Of a stretch of 64,000 nucleotides of DNA, positions 46,660 to 59,200 are shown one piece after another. The notes under the pieces were generated by a model. That model did not search any database and was not told the origin of the DNA. It was given only the letters and a program-made list of their open reading frames with translations. The position numbers and the translations under genes are program-made. How positions within the stretch are numbered: position 1 is the first letter of the stretch; each line of letters starts with the position of its first letter. This DNA is from Ylistrum balloti (lineage: Eukaryota), in the NCBI RefSeq assembly GCF_031769215.1, contig NW_026782978.1, forward strand, positions 62,001-126,000, read 5' to 3'.

Positions 46660-47779
46660 TATGCCGATACTTGTACCGCTGTTCTGATGACGGCTAGTCT
46701 AAGAAAGTTCAGAATCTACCATTACTCCAATGTCCTTTTCCTTATCAGTGACTGTTAGACTATTCCCCAGTAATCGGTACTTTGCTCCTGTTCCATCTAT
46801 CTGTGCAGTATTTTGTCCGACCGACATATGTTTGCATTTATCCGGGTGTAATTTTAGTAGCCATTTCTAACTCCATTCTCCCATGGTATTTAGATCTTCT
46901 TGAAGTATTACTTTGTCTTCTTCTCTCTTGATTACCCTGAATTTTTTTGTATCGTCTACAAATAGATACATATCTGATTTTACAATATCTGGTAAATCTG
47001 GAAAATGACAAACAGCAAGGGGCCTAGGACTGATCCCTGGGGAATAGCAGATGATACGTCATTCCATTCAGACTGTTTGTCATTTATTCTTACATGCTGT
47101 TTTCTCCCATTCAAAAAAAAAAACTGTCTATCCATCTGACAATTGGTTCCGAAATATTGTATGATCTAATTTTACTTAATAATCTTCTGTGTGGTACTCT
47201 GTCAAAAGCTTTCTGATAATCCATATATATGCAATCAATTCCATGACCTTTATCTATATCCTCTGGCCATTTATCCAGTACATCTAACAACTGAATTGAA
47301 GTTGAACGGTCCGATATAAATCCATATTGCCTTGAAGAGAAAAGATTGTGTGATCTCATGAAGTCATTTATATGCCCGCGAATGATTGTTTCCATTACTT
47401 TACATACCACAGATGTAAGACTGACAAGTCTGTAATTCCCTTTTGTTCTCTTGTCTCTTAAATATTGCACACACTCTTGCATGCTTCCAATCAGCAGGAA
47501 TGGATCCCTCTCGAAGAGTTTGGTTGAATATCAGTGCTAGTGGTATCGCTATGGTGGAGTCTTCTTCAGGAATTCTGGATGCATGTTATCTAAGCCTGGT
47601 GATTTATTTGGATTTAAGTTATTGAGTACCTTGGTAACCATTTCATTGGTTATCACAAGTGTTTTCATATTGCTGCTTGTTTTAATGTGCGTTAGTTCAG
47701 GTATTTCTCCTTTTTCTTCTTTAACAAATACGCTTTGATAGAAGTTTGCAAGTCCTTTCTTCAGATTTTTTGTGCGCAT
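46660..47779 (-). mobile_element. CR1-clade LINE ORF2 fragment (reverse transcriptase), decayed
   Basis: NPNKSPGLD, NYR.VSLTSVVCK.ME, QYGF, YMDYQKAFDRVPH, IPQGSVLGPLLF and YLFVDDTK motifs, with frameshifts. Confidence 0.9.
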
Positions 47780-47988
47780 GGGTGTGTATGGGGGTCATAT
47801 GTGTAATTATAACAAGCTACAATTCTGTTTTGGCTCATTTCATGTTGAATGTTGTTTTAAATACGAATAAAATAAAAGTTACTGTTCGAGACTAATTAAG
47901 AAAAGTGTGTTTTTAAAAGAGGTTTTATCATAAACATGAATTTCAATAAGACGATGCATTCATGAATGATTGTGCTAATATTGGACCA

Positions 47989-48014
47989 TCACATGACATG
48001 ACAAGATCATGTGA
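47989..48014. promoter_or_regulatory. Inverted pair of TCATGTGA E-boxes (MiT/TFE-type) upstream of SLC15A4
   Basis: TCACATGA at 47989-47996 and TCATGTGA at 48007-48014, followed by ATGGCGG (YY1-like) at 48033. This is a motif match only. Confidence 0.35.
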
Positions 48015-48262
48015 TTTCCACTTCATTTCAATATGGCGGATGGGTAGCGGTGATAACGGAATTGATATCTCTCCAGATACTGATACGGATTTGTTTGAGG
48101 TGGAGATACGAACTTAGGATCGATAACATTCTTATTTAACTGTTACCTATTGTATTGTTCAGGAGAATGACCTGTATAGGTATTTATGGAATCTATCACA
48201 GCGACCGATCGCGACTTCACATGAGAAAATCTGTTCGCCATTTAAAACGAAAGTAAAAACAA

Positions 48263-48844
48263 ATGGATGAAAGACGGCGACTTCTCCAGCGGACTCAAGC
48301 TCCGACGTCTCGGAGTAACGTTTGTCCAGGAGTTGACGATACAACTGACAGACGATCTAAACTTGGAAGAGCAGCGATCTTGTTGACAGTAGTTTTCGAG
48401 AGATGTGTGTTTTATGGTCTGACTGGGAACCTTGTTTTGTATTTTAATTTGGACCCGTATCAATGGACGGCTTATAACGCTTTGCTGGTTTCCTATTTCT
48501 TCACTGGAATCTCATTCCTGACATCCTTTGTCGGTGGTTTTCTGGGCGATGCACTGTTCGGACGTTTTAAGACTTTAATGTTGTCTTTCATTATTTACTG
48601 TGTAGGTTATATTTTCCTTCCAGTGCTCTCCTACAACGACTATAAAAACTCAGATAACAGGGACAACCAAACATTCTCTGCAGTGTGCTGGCCAATTAGT
48701 AAAACGACAAATGGCACAGACGCTGATTCTATGCCAGCACCTTTCGAGGAGCCTTGCTCACTCACTGCATACCTCGTATTATTTGTCATTGCTGTAGGTA
48801 CAGGGATATTCCGAGCAAACATGCCTCCATTTGGAGGAGACCAG
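48263..48844 (+). CDS. SLC15A4: SLC15A4-like proton-coupled oligopeptide/histidine transporter (POT/PTR2), first coding exon
   Basis: ExxER-like VFERCVFYG, GGFLGDALFGRFKT and GTGIFRANMPPFGGDQ. The exon is 194 codons and ends at the donor CAG|GTTTGT. Confidence 0.88.
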
Positions 48845-48974
48845 GTTTGTATCATTGTTCCTCTGGCAACAATAACTTTCAATAGAAACCTTATGTGTTC
48901 TAATAATCAAATTATATGCTATTCAGTTTATAAACACAATAATTCATTGTGATAAAATTTACTGGCCTACTCCA

Positions 48975-49215
48975 GGCCCCACTTGTGTAAAACATCTCAA
49001 CTTGAGATTTTCTCAAGTTGAGATTTTCCTCAGCTAATATCTCCTTGAAAATATCTTGTATGAAGATTCCTTAAGGAATTTCAGGACATCCTAGCTGATG
49101 ACTTCCACCTGTTCCTTGAGAACATTTTATACAAGCCGCTTTTGAGGAGATATCAGCTGAGGAAAGTCTTGACTTGAAGAAATCTCAAGTTGAGATGTTT
49201 TATACAAGTGGGGCC
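48975..49215. mobile_element. 241-bp MITE (Harbinger-like termini) in SLC15A4 intron
   Basis: About 36-bp TIRs GGCCCCACTTGTGTAAAACATCTCAACTTGAGATTT / AAATCTCAAGTTGAGATGTTTTATACAAGTGGGGCC, with further internal inverted similarity. No clear TSD. Confidence 0.75.
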
Positions 49216-50084
49216 AGATGTCCTGCCCAAGAGGTTGTACCTAACAGGATGTACCTTCAGCATGATTGCTTGATGTATGTGACTAATAACAGATGATTAT
49301 CACTTCTTTTCCTTACAACTATATTGTATCATACTTTTCCCTCATGCCTTACTTGCACATGCAGATAGGTATTAGATTCTCTTCCCTGACAGAAACAAAT
49401 ACAACATTTACTTGAATGAAGTAATGATATTGGCTGCTCCAATTTGATGTTCCTCTTAACAGAGAAAAAGATATAAACCTGTTACTAAATTTGTTTAAGT
49501 GGATTGCTTTGTTCAGTAATTGAATTTTATTGTGAGAGCACTATAAAGGCATTGGTGAATAAACCCATCATTGTTGGAAATAAAGGATCTTTATAAACAA
49601 GGCAGAGTTTTCCTTCTCTTACCTTAACAGTAGGACTTCCAAACCTTTCTATCCTATCTTTCCCCTCCCCACCTATTCCTCAATCACACCCTTCCTTATA
49701 CCCTATTGCTATTGGAGACAACCACATTCTTTCCTAACACTCACATCCATCACATCCTTCCCCCAATAAGTAGGCAAATTATCTCCCCTGATCATCAGAT
49801 AAATTTTCCTGCAGCTTTATCTCCCAGTATAACTATCCCAGTATTACTATCTCAGGCTTGTCAATAATTTGTGAAATATAGGAAGATTTATTGAATGTTA
49901 GTGTTTACACATATAAATCCAGAGAGAACATACAATATAAATTGTTCAGACTTTTTCACCTGTACCTGTGTCTGCCAACGGGACAGTTATAATATTTGTG
50001 ATAATTGTTGCAGTGTCTGTCAATACTTAACTGTATGTTTTCATGATAAAACACCAAAATACATCATAATTTTTTTTTCCACAG

Positions 50085-50256
50085 ACAAGAGGTGAAGGTC
50101 ACACAACATTTTTTAACTGGTACTACTGGTCAGTGAACATTGGTACTCTCCTCGCCCTATCGGTCATCACCTGGGTCCAACAAACACATTCCTTCTTTAT
50201 GGGCTTCCTTTTAGCAACCACCTGCCTTGGAGTGTCCTTCCTCATATTTATGACAG
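50085..50256 (+). CDS. SLC15A4: SLC15A4-like transporter, second coding exon
   Basis: Acceptor TTTTCCACAG, in phase with exon 1. Reads TRGEGHTTFFNWYYWSVNIGTLLALSVITWVQQTHSFFMGFLLATTCLGVSFLIFMT-G (FFNW.YWS.N.G motif). Donor ACAG|GTAAGT. Confidence 0.9.
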
Positions 50257-53200
50257 GTAAGTCTACTAGGGAAAACCAGCCTTGGACTGTCCATAATATT
50301 TCTGACAGGTAGGTCTAATAGGGACCACCTGCCTTGGAGTGTCCTTCCCCATATTTCTGACAGGTAAATCTAATAGGGACCACCTGCCTTGGAGTGTCCT
50401 TCCTCATATTTCTGACAGGTAAATCTAATAGAGACCACCTGCCTTGGAGTGTCCTTCCTCATGTGTCTGACTATAGGTCTAATAGGGACCACTTGCCTTG
50501 GAGTGTCCTTCCTCATGTGTCTGACAGGTAGGTCTAATAGGGACCACTTGCCTTGGAGTGTCCTTCCTCATGTGTCTGACAGGTAGGTCTAATAGGGATG
50601 GAGTGTCCTTCCTCGTATTTCTGACAGGAAAATCTAATAGAGACCTCCTGCCTTGGAGTGTTCTTCCTCATGTGTCTGACTATAGGTCTAATAGCGACCA
50701 CTTGCCTTGGAGTGTCCTTCCTCATGTGTCTGACAGGTAGGTCTAATAGGGACCACCTGCCTTGGAGTGTCCTTCCTCATATTTCTGACAGGTAAATCTA
50801 ATAGGGACCACCTGCCTTGGAGTGTCCTTCCGCATGTGTCTGACAGGTAAATCTAATAGGGACCACCTGCCTTGGAGTGTCCTTCCTCATGTGACAGGTA
50901 AATCTGACAGGTATTTCTGACAGGTAAATCTAATAGGGACCACCTGCCTTGGAGTGTCCTTCCTCATATTTCTGACAGGTAAATCTAATAGGGACCACCT
51001 GCCTTGGAGTGTCCTTCCTCATATTTCTGACAGGTAAATATAATAGGGACCACCTGCCTTGGAGTGTCCTTCCTCATATTTCTGACAGGTAAATCTAATA
51101 GGGACCACCTGCCTTGGAGTGTCCTTCCTCATATTTCTGACAGGTAAATCTAATAGGGACCACCTGCCTTGGAGTGTCCTTCCTCATATTTCTGACAGGT
51201 AAATCTAATAGGGACCACCTGCCTTGGAGTGTCCTTCCTCATATTTCTGACAGGTAAATCTAATAGGGACCACCTGCCTTGGAGTGTCCTTCCTCATATT
51301 TCTGACAGGTAAATCTAATAGGGACCACCTGCCTTGGAGTGTCCTTCCTCATATTTCTGACAGGTAAATCTAATAGGGACCACCCCCCTTGGAGTGTCCT
51401 TCCTCATATTTCTGACAGGTAAATCTAATAGGGACCACCTTCCTTGGAGTGTCCTTCCTGATATTTCTGACAGGTAAATCTAATAGGGACCACCTTCCTT
51501 GGAGTGTCCTTCCTGATATTTCTGACAGGTAAATCTAATAGGGACCACCTGCCTTGGAGTGTCCTTCCTCATATTTCTGACAGGTAAATCTAATAGGGAC
51601 CACCTGCCTTGGAGTGTCCTTCCTCATATTTCTGACAGGTAAATCTAATAGGGACCACCTGCCTTGGAGTGTCCTTCCTCATGTGTCTGACAGGTAGGTC
51701 TAATAGGGACCACCTGCCTTGGAGTGTCCTTCCTCATGTGTCTGACAGGTAAATCTAATAGGGACCACCTGCCTTGGAGTGTCCTTCCTCATATTTCTGA
51801 CAGGTAAATCTAATAGGGACCACCTGCCTTGGAGTGTCCTTCCTCATATTTCTGACAGGTAAATCTAATAGGGACCACCTGCCTTGGAGTGTCCTTCCTC
51901 ATATTTCTGACAGGTAAATCTAATAGGGACCACCTGCCTTGGAGTGTCCTTCCTCATATTTCTGACAGGTAAATCTAATAGGGACCACCTGCCTTGGAGT
52001 GTCCTTCCTCATATTTCTGACAGGTAAATCTAATAGGGACCACCTGCCTTGGAGTGTCCTTCCTCATGTGTCTGACAGGTATAGGTCTAATAGGGACCAC
52101 CTGCCTTGGAGTGTCCTTCCCCATTTGCCTGACAGGTAAATCTAATAGGGACCACCTGCCTTGGAGTGTCCTTCCTCATGTGTCTGACAGGTAGGTCTAA
52201 TAGGGACCACCTGCCTTGGAGTGTCCTTCCTCATGTGTCTGACAGGTAAATCTAATAGGGACCACCTGCCTTGGAGTGTCCTTCCTCATATTTCTGACAG
52301 GTAAATCTAATAGGGACCACCTGCCTTGGAGTGTCCTTCCTCATATTTCTGACAGGTAGGTCAAATAGGGACCACCTGCCTTGGAGTGTTCTTCCTCATA
52401 TTTCTGACAGGTAGGTCTAATAGGGACCAACTGCCTTGGAGTGTCCTTCCTCGTGTGTCTGACAGGTAAGTCTAATAGGGACCACCTGTCTTGGAGTGTC
52501 CTTCCTCATGTGCCTGACAGGTAAATCTTATAGGGACCACCTGCATTGAAGTGTCCTTCCAAATATTTCTGACAGGTAAGTCTACTAGGGACCACCTGCC
52601 TTGGAGTGTCCTTCCTCATATTTCTGACAGGTAAATCTAATAGGGACCACCTGCCTTGGAGTGTCCTTCCTCATATTTCTGACTGTACGGCTGAGCGGGC
52701 CCAACTGCCGGGGACACTCCTTCCTCATAGTTCTGACAGGTAAATCTAATAGGGACCACCTGCCTTGGAGTGTCCTTCCTCATATTTCTGACAGGTAAAT
52801 CTAATAGGGACCACCTGCCTTGGAGTGTCCTTCCTCATATTTCTGACAGGTAAATCTAATAGGGACCACCTGCCTTGGAGTGTCCTTCCTCATATTTCTG
52901 ACAGGTAGGTCTAATAGGGACCACCTGCCTTGGAGTGTCCTTCCTCATATTTCTGACAGGTAAATCTAATAGGGACCACCTGCCTTGGAGTGTCCTTCCT
53001 CATATTTCTGACAGGTAAATCTAATAGGGACTACCTGCCTTGGAGTGTCCTTCCTCATATTTCTAACAGGTAGGTCTAATAGGGACCACCTGCCCTGGAG
53101 TGTCCTTCCTCATATTTCTGACAGGTAAATCTAATAGAGACCACCTGCCTTGGAGTGTCCTTCCTCATGTGTCTGACAGGTAGGTCTAATAGGGACCACC

Positions 53201-56200
53201 TGCCTTGGACCTGCCTTGGAGTGTCCTTCCTCATGTGTCTGACAGGTAGGTCTAATAGGGACCACCTGCCTTGGAGTGTCCTTCCTCATGTGTCTGACAG
53301 GTAAATCTAATAGGGACCACCTGCCTTGGAGTGTCCTTCCTCATATTTCTGACAGGTAAATCTAATAGGGACCACCTGCCTTGGAGTGTCCTTCCTCATA
53401 TTTCTGACAGGTAAATCTAATAGGGACCACCTGCCTTGGAGTGTCCTTCCTCATATTTCTGACAGGTAAATCTAATAGGGACCACCTGCCTTGGAGTGTC
53501 CTTTCTCATATTTCTGACAGGTAAATCTAATAGGGACCACCTGCCTTGGAGTGTCCTTCCTCATGTGTCTGACAGGTAGGTCTAATAGGGACCACCTGCC
53601 TTGGAGTGTCCTTCCCCATTTGCCTGACAGGTAGATCTAATAGGGACCACCTGCCTTGGAGTGTCCTTCCTCATGTGTCTGACAGGTAAATCTAATAGGG
53701 ACCACCTGCCTTGGAGTGTCCTTCCTCATATTTCTGACAGGTAGGTCTAATAGGGACCACCTGCCTTGGAGTGTCCTTCCTCATATTTCTGACAGGTAAA
53801 TCTAATAGGGACCACCTGCCTTGGAGTGTCCTTCCTCATGTGTCTGACTATAGGTCTAATAGGGACCACCTGCCTTGGAGTGTCCTTCCTCATATTTCTG
53901 ACAGGTAAATCTAATAGGGACCACCTGCCTTGGAGTGTCCTTCCTCATATGTCTGACAGGTAGGTCTAATAGGGACCACCTGCCTTGGAGTGTCCTTCCT
54001 CATATTTCTGACAGGTAAATCTAATAGGGACCACCTGCCTTGGAGTGTCCTTCCTCATATTTCTGACAGGTAAATCTAATAGGGACCACCTGCCTTGGAG
54101 TGTCCTTCCTCATATTTCTGACAGGAATGTCTAATAGGGACCACCTGCCTTGGAGTGTCCTTCCTCATATTTCTGACAGGTAAATCTAATAGGGACCACC
54201 TGCCTTGGAGTGTCCTTCCTCATATTTCTGACAGGTAGGTCTAATAGGGACCACCTGCCTTGGAGTGTCCTTCCTCATATTTCTGACAGGTAAATCTAAT
54301 AGGGACCACCTGCCTTGGAGTGTCCTTCCTCATATTTCTGACAGGTAAATCTAATAGGGACCACCTGCCTTGGAGTGTCCTTCCTCATATTTCTGACAGG
54401 TAAATATAATAGGGACCACCTGCATTGAAGTGTCCTTCCTAATATTTCTGACAGGTAAATCTAATAGGGACCACCTGCCTTGGAGTGTCCTTCCTCATAT
54501 TTCTGACAGGTAGGTCTAATAGGGACCACCTGCCTTGGAGTGTCCTTCCTCATGTGTCTGACAGGTAGGTCTAATAGGGACCACCTGCCTTGGAGTGTTC
54601 TTCCTCATGTGTCTGACAGGTAAATCTAATAGGGACCACCTGCCCTGGAGTGTCCTTCCTCGTTTGTCTGACAGGTAAATCTAATAGGGACCACCTGCCT
54701 TGGAGTGTCCTTCCTCATATTTCTGACAGGAATGTCTAATAGGGACCACCTGCCTTGGAGTGTCCTTCCTCATATTTCTGACAGGTACCTATAATAGGGA
54801 CCACCTGCCTTGGAGTGTCCTTCCTCATATTTCTGACAGGTAGGTCTAATAGGGACCACCTGCCTTGGAGTGTCCTTCCTCATATTTCTGACAGGTAAAT
54901 CTAATAGGGACCACCTGCCTTGGAGTGTCCTTCCTCATGTGTCTGACTATAGGTCTAATAGGGACCACCTGCCTTGGAGTGTCCTTCCCCATTTGCCTGA
55001 CAGGTAAATCTAATAGGGACCACCTGCCTTGGAGTGTCCTTCCTCATGTGTCTGACAGGTAGGTCTAATAGGGACCACCTGCCTTGGAGTGTCCTTCCGC
55101 ATGTGTCTGACAGGTAAATCTAATAGGGACCACCTGCCTTGGAGTGTCCTTCCTCATATTTCTGACAGGTAAATCTAATAGGGACTACCTGCCTTGGAGT
55201 GTCCTTCCTCATATGCCATATTTCTGACAGGTAGGTCTAATAGGGACCACCTGCCTTGGAGTGTCCTTCCTCATATTTCTGACAGGTAGGTCTAATAGGG
55301 ACCACCTGCCTTGGAGTGTCCTTCCTCATGTGTCTGACAGGTAGGTCTAATAGGGACCACTTGCCTTGGAGTGTCCTTCCTCATGTGTCTGACAGGTAAA
55401 TCTAATAGGGACCACCTGCCTTGGAGTGTCCTTCCTCATATTTCTGACAGGTAGGTCTAATAGGGTAAATCTAATAGGGACCACCTGCCTTGGACATATT
55501 TCTGACAGGTAAATCTAGGGACCACCTGCCTTGGAGTGTCCTTCCTCATATTTCTGACAGGTAAATCTAATAGGGACCACCTGCCTTGGAGTGTCCTTCC
55601 TCATGTGTCTGACTATAGGTCTAATAGGGACCACCTGCCTTGGAGTGTCCTTCCTCATATTTCTGACAGGTAAATATAATAGGGACCACCTGCCTTGGAG
55701 TGTCCTTCCTCATATTTCTGACAGGTAGGTCTAATAGGGACCACCTGCCTTGGAGTGTCCTTCCTCATATTTCTGACAGGTAGGTCTAATAGGGACCACC
55801 TGCCTTGGAGTGTTCTTCCTCATATTTCTGACAGGTAAATCTAATAGAGACCACCTGCCTTGGAGTGTCCTTCCTCATGTGTCTGACAGGTAAATCTAAT
55901 AGGGACCACCTGCCTTGGAGTGTCCTTCCTCATGTGTCTGACAGGTAGGTCTAATAGGGACCACCTGCCTTGGAGTGTCCTTCCTCATGTGTCTGACAGG
56001 TAAATCTAATAGGGACCACCTGCCTTGGAGTGTCCTTCCTCATATTTCTTTCTGACAGGTAAATCTAATAGGGACCACCTGCCTTGGAGTGTCCTTCCTC
56101 ATATTTCTGACAGGTAAATCTAATAGGGACCACCTGCCTTGGAGTGTCCTTCCTCATATTTCTGACAGGTAAATCTAATAGGGACCACCTGCCTTGGAGT

Positions 56201-59200
56201 GTTCTTCCTCATTTTTCTGACAGGTAAATCTAATAGAGACCACCTGCCTTGGAGTATTCTTCCTCATGTGTCTGACTATCGGTCTAATAGGGACCACCTG
56301 CCTTGGAGTGTCCTTCCTCATGTGTCTGACAGGTAAATCTAATAGGGACCACCTGCCTTGGAGTGTCCTTCCTCATATTTCTGACAGGTAGGTCTAATAG
56401 GGACCACCTGCCTTGGAGTGTCCTTCCTCATATTTCTGACAGGTAAATCTAATAGGGACCACCTGCCTTGGAGTGTCCTTCCTCATATTTCTGACAGGTA
56501 GGTCTAATAGGGACCACCTGCCTTGGAGTGTCCTTCCTCATGTTTCTGACAGGTATGTCTATTTGGGACCACCTGCCTTGGAGTGTCCTTCCTCATTTGT
56601 CTGACAGGTAGGTCTAATAGGGACCACCTGCCTTGGAGTGTCCTTCCTCATGTGTCTGACAGGTAGGTCTAATAGGGACCACCTGCCTTGGAGTGTCCTT
56701 CCTCATGTGTCTGACAGGTAAATCTAATAGGGACCACCTGCCTTGGAGTGTCCTTCCTCATATTTCTGACAGGTAAATCTAATAGGGACCACCTGCCTTG
56801 GAGTGTCCTTCCTCATATTTCTGACAGGTAGGTCTAATAGGGACCACCTGCCTTGGAGTGTCCTTCCTCATATTTCTGACAGGTAAAGGTCTAATAGGGA
56901 CCACCTGCCTTGGAGTGTCCTTCCTCATGTGTCTGACAGGTAAATCTAATAGGGACCACCTGCCTTGGAGTGTCCTTCCTCATGTGTCTGACAGGTAGGT
57001 CTAATAGGGACCACCTGCCTTGGAGTGTCCTTCCTCATATTTCTGACAGGTAAATCTAATAGGGACCACCTGCCTTGGAGTGTCCTTCCTCATATTTCTG
57101 ACAGGTAAATCTAATAGGGACCACCTGCCTTGGAGTGTCCTTCCTCATTTGTTTGACAGGTAAATCTAATAGGGACCACCTGCCTTGGAGTGTCCTTCCT
57201 CATATTTCTGACAGGAAGGTCTAATAGGGACCACCTGCCTTGGAGTGTCCTTCCTCATATTTCTGACAGGTAAATCTAATAGGGACCACCTGCCTTGGAG
57301 TGTCCTTCCTCATATTTCTGACAGGTAAATCTAATAGGGACCACCTGCCTTGGAGTGTCCTTCCTCATGTGTCTGACAGGTAGGTCTAATAGGGACCAAC
57401 TGCCTTGGAGTGTCCTTCCTCATGTGTCTGACAGGTAAATCTAATAGGGACCACCTGCCTTGGAGTGTCCTTCCTCATATTTCTGACAGGTAGGTCTAAT
57501 AGGGACCACCTGCCTTGGAGTGTCCTTCCTCATGTGTCTGACAGGTAGGTCTAATAGGGACCACCTGCCTTGGAGTGTCCTTCCTCATGTGTCTGACAGG
57601 TAGGTCTAATAGGGACCACCTGCCTTGGAGTGTCATTCCTCATATTTCTGACAGGTAAATCTAATAGGGACCACCTGCCTTGGAGTGTCCTTCCTCATAT
57701 TTCTGACAGGTAACGACCACCTGCCTTGGAGTGTCCTTCCTCATGTGTCTGACATAGGTCTAATAGGGACCACCTGCCTTGGAGTGTCCTTCCTCATATT
57801 GTCTGACAGGTAAATCTAATAGGGACCACCTGCCTTGGAGTGTCCTTCCTCATGTGTCTGACAGGTAGGTCTAATAGGGACCACCTGCCTTGGAGTGTCC
57901 TTCCTCATGTGTCTGACAGGTAGGTCTAATAGGGACCACCTGCCTTGGAGTGTCCTTCCTCATGTGTCTGACAGGTAAATCTAATAGGGACCACCTGCCT
58001 TGGAGTGTCCTTCCTCATATTTCTGACAGGTAAATCTAATAGGGACCACCTGCCTTGGAGTGTCCTTCCTCATATTTCTGACAGGTAAATCTAATAGGGA
58101 CCACCTGCCTTGGAGTGTCCTTCCTCATGTGTCTGACTATAGGTCTAATAGGGACCACCTGCCTTGGAGTGTCCTTACTCATATTTCTGACAGGTAAATC
58201 TAATAGGGACCACCTGCCTTGGAGTGTCCTTCCTCATATTTCTGACAGGTAGGTCTAATAGGGACCACTTGCCTTGGAGTGTCCTTCCTCATGTGTCTGA
58301 CAGGTAAATCTAATAGAGACCACCTGCCTTGGAGTGTTCTTCCTCATGTGTCTGACTATAGGTCTAATAGGGACCACTTGCCTTGGAGTGTCCTTCCTCA
58401 TATTTCTGACAGGTAAATATAATAGGGACCACCTGCCTTGGAGTGTCCTTCCTCATGTGTCTGACAGGTAAGTCTAATAGGGACCACCTTCCTTCCTCAT
58501 GTGTCTGACAGGTAAATCTAATAGGGACCACCTGCCTTGGAGTGTCCTTCCTCATGTGTCTGACAGGTAAATCTAATAGGGACCACCTGCCTTGGAGTGT
58601 CCTTCCTCATATTTCTGACAGGTAAATCTAATAGGGACCACCTGCCTTGGAGTGTCCTTCCTCATATTTCTGACAGGTAAATCTAATAGGGACCACCTGC
58701 CTTGGAGTGTCCTTCCTCATGTGTCTGACAGGTCTAATAGGGACCACCTGCCTTGGAGTGTCCTTCCTCATGTGTCTGACAGGTAGGTCTAATAGGGACC
58801 ACCTGCCTTGGAGTGTCCTTCCTCATGTGTCTGACAGGTAAATCTAATAGGGACCACCTGCCTTGGAGTGTCCTTCCTCATATTTCTGACAGGTAAATCT
58901 AATAGGGACCACCTGCCTTGGAGTGTCCTTCCTCATATTTCTGACAGGTAGGTCTAATAGGGACCACCTGCCCTGGAGTGTCCTTCCTCATATTTCTGAC
59001 AGGTAAATCTAATAGGGACCACCTGCCTTGGAGTGTTCTTCCTCATGTGTCTGACTATAGGTCTAATAGGGACCACCTGCCCTTGAGTGTCCTTCCTCAT
59101 GTGTCTGACAGGTAGGTCTAATAGGGACCACCTGCCTTGGAGTGTCCTTCCTCATGTGTCTGACAGGTAAATCTAATAGGGACCACCTGCCTTGGAGTGT

